Assembly: GCA_051382335.1 (NCBI GenBank)
Contig: JBBCAX010000413.1
Span: forward strand, 1-22,898
Reading direction: 5' to 3'
Origin: Deltaproteobacteria bacterium TL4
Lineage (GTDB): Bacteria; SAR324; NAC60-12
Length of the DNA: 22,898 nucleotides
Shown here: one piece after another, positions 17,844 to 22,898 of the stretch
Layout: each line of letters opens with the position of its first letter
Position numbering within the stretch: the first letter of the stretch is position 1
The notes under the pieces: generated by a model
Databases searched by the model: none
The model's input: the letters and a program-made list of their open reading frames with translations, nothing else
Told to the model about the DNA's origin: nothing
Translations under genes and position numbers: made by a program

Positions 17844-18869
17844 ATGCCAAATTTACTAGATAAAGAAACCATTGCACAAGTGTTACCTGAGAAAAATCAT
17901 GATGAAATTTATTCTCAGTTAAATATTTTTTCGGAATTAGGGGTGAATAGGGACATTTTCAAAATAAACGATAATGGTTTTATTGAGATACAATTATCCG
18001 ACTCGGTTGAAAATTTCCCAATCGAAAATTTTGTCAAAACAGCCATTCAATTAAATAATTTGAAATCTTTTGAGAATTTTAGTTCCTTTTCAGTCGGATT
18101 TAATAATCCAAGCCAAATTTCGGCTACAATATTTGAGGTCAACTGTGCGAATTTTGTGTTTGATCGCATCAAATATAAAGATATTCGTTTTGCGCCAGAA
18201 TTTTCTGTAAAAGGTCATATTAAAAAACCTGATTTTATCGTTACGCTTTCAGATGATTCCATATTAATTTGCGAGTGCAAGTCTATGGATTCGATTAATA
18301 GAGCAAAAAGATCTAAAGCATTAAAATTAATAAAACTATTGGATGACAAACTTAAAGGTATACTTGATTCAAGTTTTAGAATCGAAGTGTCTTTTAAAAA
18401 CCTTCCGAGACATTGGAATAGAAATTTTGTAGATCAATTATTTGGAGCTATTGGAACACTGCTTAAAGAACAATATACAGAAAAGCATATAGAATTAAAT
18501 TGTGAAAACCGGCAGAAAACTTGGATCAAATTGAGTAGAATTGAGGAACCAATATTTTTCAATAATATATTGAATGTTGCAAACAAGCCAAAAAACGACA
18601 ATCCAACGCTTGTTGTCGGTGAAATTCCAAATTTGAAGAAGGATATTAAAGACATCATTAAAGACGCAAGGACACAGATACCTGAAGAATATAATTCTGT
18701 AATATTTCTTTATAGTCTCAATGAGCATTATGCAAAACAGGCGATTGCAGAATTCATAAAAGATAACAATCCAGGCAATCTTCTGGGTGTAATATCATGG
18801 AACGAGAGTGTGAATATTCACAGAAATTTAAAATGTACAGCAAATATCTTCGACTATCTTACCTCCTGA
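17844..18869 (+). CDS. Cassette 2: hypothetical protein with a PD-(D/E)XK nuclease-like motif
   Basis: AT-rich 341-aa ORF filling the cassette; IFEV...KKPDFIV...ILICECKS. Confidence 0.75.
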   Translation: MPNLLDKETIAQVLPEKNHDEIYSQLNIFSELGVNRDIFKINDNGFIEIQLSDSVENFPIENFVKTAIQLNNLKSFENFSSFSVGFNNPSQISATIFEVNCANFVFDRIKYKDIRFAPEFSVKGHIKKPDFIVTLSDDSILICECKSMDSINRAKRSKALKLIKLLDDKLKGILDSSFRIEVSFKNLPRHWNRNFVDQLFGAIGTLLKEQYTEKHIELNCENRQKTWIKLSRIEEPIFFNNILNVANKPKNDNPTLVVGEIPNLKKDIKDIIKDARTQIPEEYNSVIFLYSLNEHYAKQAIAEFIKDNNPGNLLGVISWNESVNIHRNLKCTANIFDYLTS

Positions 18870-18881
18870 AAAATCAGAAAA

Positions 18882-19006
18882 GTCGAACAAGTCATTGCAG
18901 TGGATCGGTGGGGTGCGACTTTTTCCAAAGATTTCAATAGATTTGCGGTGTTTCTCTTTTTCAAGGTTCTGTGTCACCCCACCGACCACTGAATTCAACG
19001 TTCTAC
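18882..19006 (+). other. attC: attC site 2 (125 bp)
   Basis: R'' GTCGAAC; ATT(G)CAGTGG(A)TCGGTGGGGTG pairs with CACCCCACCGACCACTGAAT (extrahelical G18897, A18904); R' GTTCTAC at 19000-19006. Confidence 0.95.
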
Positions 19007-19122
19007 GATTAAGCATCATTTCTGAAATATTATCTAAAAATTTACCTGAGTGAATCACTTCAGTCTTTCCTTGTTTTCTCCAATATGTTTCAATCCTGCC
19101 TCGTTATCTTTTTTGAAAAACT

Positions 19123-19131
19123 TGTTATAAA
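19123..19131 (+). promoter_or_regulatory. Candidate extended -10 promoter (TGtTATAAA) for the R-M cassette
   Basis: TG-N-TATAAA ends 6 nt before the MTase ATG at 19138; no strong SD. Confidence 0.45.
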
Positions 19132-19137
19132 GGCATT

Positions 19138-20448
19138 ATGCAAGCAAGTAAGAACGTTCTTTCTTTATTCTCTGGTTGTGGGGGCATGGACTTGGGATTT
19201 GAGGGAGAATTTGAAGTATTGGAAGCATCCGTAAATCAAAAGTTACATCCCACATGGATTTATAAGGAAGTAAGACCTAAATGGGTAAAGCTGAAAGCAA
19301 CTTGCTTTAAGACCATTTTTGCGAATGATATTCGGACAGGAGCTAGAGCGGCATGGATTCCTTACTTTAGAGATATAAGAGGAGTAAGAAACGCAGATCA
19401 AATTTTTCACTTGGAGAGTATTGTTGATTTGGTGAAGATGGCAAAGAATGGAGGAAAAAATGTGTTTAATCATAAGGTTGATGTGGTGACTGGAGGATTT
19501 CCCTGTCAAGATTTTAGTGTTGCTGGAAAAAGAAGAGGATTTACCTCTCATAAAAGCCATACAGGGGATTTGCTTGAGGGAACCGATAATCCGACCCATG
19601 AAAATCGTGGCATGTTATATATGTGGATGCGAGAGGTAATCAACTTGATCAAACCCAAGGTTTTTGTGGCAGAAAATGTTAAAGGTTTAGTCTCATTAGC
19701 TAACGCTAAGGAGACGATAGAAAATGATTTCAGGAATATAGGAAGTGGGTATCTGGTAGTTCCAGCCAGAGTGATTAAAGCCGCTGAATATGGAATTCCG
19801 CAAAGTAGAGAAAGAGTGTTTTTTCTTGGATTTCATCGTTCAGATTTGACTACAGAGGCGTTAGTAGCCTTAGAAAAAGATTCCATTCCAGGAGAATTTG
19901 ATCCCTACCCTCAACCTACTCACGTATATTTGAATGGAACTGCTGTTCAAAATCATCAACTGTCTTTTTTGGATCATTCATTATCATCATCTATTAAGGT
20001 ACGAGAAATATTCCAGGATTTACCAGAACCTGATAGAGCTATGAATGACTTATCTCAACAAACTTATTCTAAGGCTCGCTGGTATGGAACTCACTGCCAA
20101 GGACAGACGGAGATTGACCTTAATGGAGTTGGCCCTACTATCCGCTCAGAACATCACGGAAACATTGAGTATCGAAGATTAAGTCAGGATCATGGAGGAA
20201 AATACCTTGATGAATTAGCGGAAGGAATGATGGAACGTCGTTTAACCATTCGTGAATGCGCTCGTCTACAAACATTTCCCGATGATTATGAATTCGTCAG
20301 AAAACACTCTGGAATATCTCCAGAGTGGCGTTTGAGCGCCTCTGAATCATATAAATTGATTGGGAACGCAGTTCCCCCTTTATTAGCTTATCATATAGGC
20401 AGCAGACTTGAGGAGCTATGGCCTAAATTGTTCAAGGAGAGCAAATGA
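19138..20448 (+). CDS. dcm: Cassette 3, gene 1: C5-cytosine DNA methyltransferase, M.BepI-like
   Basis: Motif I LFSGCGG, IV GGFPCQDFS, VI AENVKG, VIII QSRER, IX RECARLQTFP, X IGNAVPP. The segments HLESIVD and PTIRSEHHGNIE match my recollection of M.BepI. Confidence 0.95.
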   Translation: MQASKNVLSLFSGCGGMDLGFEGEFEVLEASVNQKLHPTWIYKEVRPKWVKLKATCFKTIFANDIRTGARAAWIPYFRDIRGVRNADQIFHLESIVDLVKMAKNGGKNVFNHKVDVVTGGFPCQDFSVAGKRRGFTSHKSHTGDLLEGTDNPTHENRGMLYMWMREVINLIKPKVFVAENVKGLVSLANAKETIENDFRNIGSGYLVVPARVIKAAEYGIPQSRERVFFLGFHRSDLTTEALVALEKDSIPGEFDPYPQPTHVYLNGTAVQNHQLSFLDHSLSSSIKVREIFQDLPEPDRAMNDLSQQTYSKARWYGTHCQGQTEIDLNGVGPTIRSEHHGNIEYRRLSQDHGGKYLDELAEGMMERRLTIRECARLQTFPDDYEFVRKHSGISPEWRLSASESYKLIGNAVPPLLAYHIGSRLEELWPKLFKESK

Positions 20449-21524
20449 TTGTATCACTCAATTCTAATTCCCCTAATCAAGTGTTTGAAACACTTCTCTC
20501 AGAGTCTGTCTCTACTCTTCAAGCCCAATCACAGCATAAGAAAGAGTATTTCTTATCCAGACAAGGTGATAAGCTTGAAACTGATGTGTATGAGGTAATG
20601 AATATTAAGGCGAAGCATACCCCTTTTGAGGGGACAATTGAATTAATTTCTGGGCAGAGATTTCCTGATATTGTCGCCTATTTAGAGGAAAAAAGAGGAT
20701 TTGGTGTTGAGGTAAAAACAACCACAAAGAATCATTGGAAAACCACAGGTGGCAGCATATTTGAAGGAACACGAGTTGAGAATGTTGAAAGAATTTATCT
20801 TTTGTTTGGTAAATTGGTTAACCCTATTGAGTTTCGTTATCGAAGATATGAAGAATGTTTGTATGATGTAGCGGTGACACATTCTCCAAGATATTTGATT
20901 GATATGGACACCCCATTAAATGAAACCATTTTTGACAGGGTAAAGGTACCTTATGATGATCTTCGTCAACTCGATAATCCGTTCCAACCAATTAAAACAT
21001 ATTTTCGTGGTCAGTTGAGTGGCAAAGGAGAGGATATTTGGTGGATTGACCAGAATGATGAGACTGCGATAGGAAATATAGCAGTGAGGCATTGGGGAAA
21101 CTTGAGTAGTAACGAGAAAGAAAATCTGAGAAATCAAGCGATGGCTCTATTTCCTGAGATATTTGGAAAAGGCAGTAAAAAATACGCAAAACTTGCGGCA
21201 TGGCTTGCCGCAAGGCACGGGATTGTATCTCCATCCTTGAGAGATACATTTACAGCGGGAGGGCAGGTAGAATTAGAAGTCTGTGGAAATACCTATAGGA
21301 ACGTTCCGAGAATTTTCTTCCATCTTCAGAAGAATCTCTTGGAAATTGTTAATTATGTCAACCAACTGAATATTGAGGATCTTTCCTATTATTGGGAAAC
21401 AAAGGTTTCCCCAACTCAAAGAGTTAAACAGTGGATAAATCAAGTATCCTCTTATTCACAGGAAACTTTAGGTAAAAACAATCTAGATATCAAGGAGATG
21501 GTTCAAAAAATCATTGGCTCATAA
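20445..21524 (+). CDS. Cassette 3, gene 2: putative type II restriction endonuclease, PD-(D/E)XK
   Basis: FPDIVA...GVEVK motif; ATGA overlap with the MTase stop and an AAGGAG SD. Confidence 0.85.
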   Translation: MIVSLNSNSPNQVFETLLSESVSTLQAQSQHKKEYFLSRQGDKLETDVYEVMNIKAKHTPFEGTIELISGQRFPDIVAYLEEKRGFGVEVKTTTKNHWKTTGGSIFEGTRVENVERIYLLFGKLVNPIEFRYRRYEECLYDVAVTHSPRYLIDMDTPLNETIFDRVKVPYDDLRQLDNPFQPIKTYFRGQLSGKGEDIWWIDQNDETAIGNIAVRHWGNLSSNEKENLRNQAMALFPEIFGKGSKKYAKLAAWLAARHGIVSPSLRDTFTAGGQVELEVCGNTYRNVPRIFFHLQKNLLEIVNYVNQLNIEDLSYYWETKVSPTQRVKQWINQVSSYSQETLGKNNLDIKEMVQKIIGS

Positions 21525-21532
21525 AGGTGAAC

Positions 21533-21964
21533 ATGATTCGTGAACCATCGGTAACTTATCATATCATGTCAGCGATCAAATCCAAAGACACAGAGCCAGA
21601 ACGATTGCTAGGTAAGTCCATGTGGAAACTAGGATTACGGTATCGAAAACAGTATAAGATTATAGGGAAACCTGATTTTATTTTTGTAAAGGCAAAAATC
21701 GCCGTATTTTGTGATGGAGACTTTTGGCATGGACATAATTGGACTATTCGGGGTATGAATAGTCTTGAAGAAGAGTTGGGGCAATACTCACCATTTTGGA
21801 GACAGAAAATTGAACGGAATATTGAGCGAGATAAAAAAGTTAATGATGCATTGACTAACCAGGGATGGTTAGTAATGCGATTCTGGGAAAGTGAGATTAA
21901 AAAATCTCCAGAACAATGCGCTCTAAAAGTATTCGTTATCCACAATACGACGATTGGGAAGTAA
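21533..21964 (+). CDS. vsr: Cassette 3, gene 3: very short patch repair endonuclease
   Basis: MSAIKSKDTEPE, GKPDF, FCDGDFWHGH, KIERNIERD, GWLVMRFWE. Start at ATG 21533 or GTG 21527. Confidence 0.95.
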   Translation: MIREPSVTYHIMSAIKSKDTEPERLLGKSMWKLGLRYRKQYKIIGKPDFIFVKAKIAVFCDGDFWHGHNWTIRGMNSLEEELGQYSPFWRQKIERNIERDKKVNDALTNQGWLVMRFWESEIKKSPEQCALKVFVIHNTTIGK

Positions 21965-21978
21965 CTGAGCCAAAAATC

Positions 21979-22109
21979 GTAGAACAAATCGCTGAAGCTG
22001 ACGGCAACCAAGGCGTGCCCTTCACCCATTTTACAGTCAATTTTTCATTGCTCGGCTTCGGCAAAGGGTTGTGTCCCTTGGTTGCCGCAGCTTAGCTCAA
22101 TCGTTAGCC
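21979..22109 (+). other. attC: attC site 3 (131 bp)
   Basis: R'' GTAGAAC; GCT(G)AAGCTG(A)CGGCAACCAAGG pairs with CCTTGGTTGCCGCAGCTTAGC (extrahelical G21994, A22001); R' GTTAGCC at 22103-22109. Confidence 0.95.
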
Positions 22110-22123
22110 ATGCAAATAAACTC

Positions 22124-22366
22124 ATGCTTACCACATTAGATGCCAAACCCCAAGAATGGATGGAAGGTTCAGAAAGTGTGTTACACACAGTTTCTGCTTG
22201 TCATTTTCAGAATATTGAACATGCGGAGTACTGGATTGATAAACTGATTCCCAAAGACGCAAATAATAAATCAGTAAAGGGGTCAGGGGGCGAAGAAAGA
22301 ATAGCACTAGGAAACTTTTTATTGAGAACTGTCTTAGATACCAAAATAAAATTGATTTCAAAATAA
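22124..22366 (+). CDS. Cassette 4, first ORF (80 aa from ATG 22124); possibly the N-terminal part of a frameshifted gene
   Basis: First sizeable ORF after attC3. The track start at 22082 lies inside the attC and is unlikely. Confidence 0.55.
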   Translation: MLTTLDAKPQEWMEGSESVLHTVSACHFQNIEHAEYWIDKLIPKDANNKSVKGSGGEERIALGNFLLRTVLDTKIKLISK

Positions 22367-22392
22367 ATTCAATATCTTCTCTTGAGGGAGAA

Positions 22393-22898
22393 ATGAGCTG
22401 GTTTGCTTGGGCATTCTATTTTCAAAATCGAAATTTTGTGTCTCAACAGGAGGATAAAAAAGGAAGAAATTGCTGGGTCTTTTCAGGAATAAAAGAACAA
22501 GAACTTTCTTTCCCTGTTCTTCGAGCAGGTTATTTAATCTGGTACCACCATGTCATTCGATACCTAGTTGAGTATAAGCATATTTCTGGAATGTTTTTGA
22601 GTGATAATTTTTGTAATGATGAAGTTGGCCCAGGAAAAGGTAAAGCTCTGGGAGTCTCTTTTGTGAATTCTCTCTTAAGTTTGAGTCCTCATAAACCACA
22701 AATCTCTCTTCCCAAAATAGAGCGTTTTGCTAGATTGGATATGATTTCAGATGCTGTGCGTGGTTGGGTAAACTCCGTGAGATCTAAAAATGCTCCAAAG
22801 GAATATATTTCTAGTTTAGAGCAATTTGAAAATAGTCAAACAAAGCCAATTGATAACATAGTCTATGCCATGAATCTTCACATTACAATGGTTCTAAC
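22393..22898 (+). CDS. Cassette 4, second ORF (MSWFAWAFYFQNRNFVSQQ...), open to the window end; possibly the C-terminal part of the same gene
   Basis: Translated by hand: the frame is open from 22270 to 22898, first ATG at 22393 after GAGGGAG. Absent from the ORF track because there is no stop. Confidence 0.7.
   Translation, partial: MSWFAWAFYFQNRNFVSQQEDKKGRNCWVFSGIKEQELSFPVLRAGYLIWYHHVIRYLVEYKHISGMFLSDNFCNDEVGPGKGKALGVSFVNSLLSLSPHKPQISLPKIERFARLDMISDAVRGWVNSVRSKNAPKEYISSLEQFENSQTKPIDNIVYAMNLHITMVL

Larger units (their letters stand above)
15849..22898. mobile_element. Integron (intI, attI and at least 4 cassettes), probably sedentary and chromosomal; the array continues past the window
   Basis: intI is divergent from a plus-strand array with three attC sites. 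The left flank is housekeeping genes and no transposase is in view. Confidence 0.93.

Noticed and set aside
1550..21249. The other short antisense or alternate-frame ORFs nested in the major genes
   Set aside because: They overlap well-supported CDSs and have no motifs or other independent support.
21559..22029. 156-aa minus-strand ORF as an antisense regulator or antitoxin
   Set aside because: It is a shadow of vsr that begins inside attC3 and has no recognisable features.
22890..22898. Terminal TTCTAAC as the R'' of a fourth attC
   Set aside because: Cassette 4 starts with GTTAGCC, so GGCTAAC is expected. The ORF is still open and no downstream sequence is available.

Overview
A bacterial chromosomal window; the gene style suggests a deltaproteobacterial or SAR324-like host, which is inference only. 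Bases 1-15.8 kb hold signalling and housekeeping genes: a hybrid PAS histidine kinase, a cNMP-domain histidine kinase, an orphan hypB, an NtrC-like sigma54 activator, a TPR/SLH lipoprotein, a PilZ-acidic-pseudo-receiver protein, two alpha/beta hydrolases, folE, a single-domain receiver and an atypical SDR, with REP/MITE-like palindromes between genes. From 15.85 kb to the end lies an integron: intI, an attI core at 17009 and three attC sites. Each attC R'' box is the exact reverse complement of the core at the 5' end of its own cassette. Cassette 1 is a TauE/SafE-like membrane protein. Cassette 2 is an uncharacterised PD-(D/E)XK nuclease-like protein. Cassette 3 is a single 3.1-kb, three-gene unit (M.BepI-like m5C methyltransferase, restriction endonuclease, Vsr) with a candidate promoter of its own. 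Cassette 4 runs off the window and looks like one DUF3800/RNase H-like gene split by a frameshift. The array appears enriched in nuclease or defence cargo and is the best candidate for new biology. Family assignments come from motif recognition and recall, not database searches.
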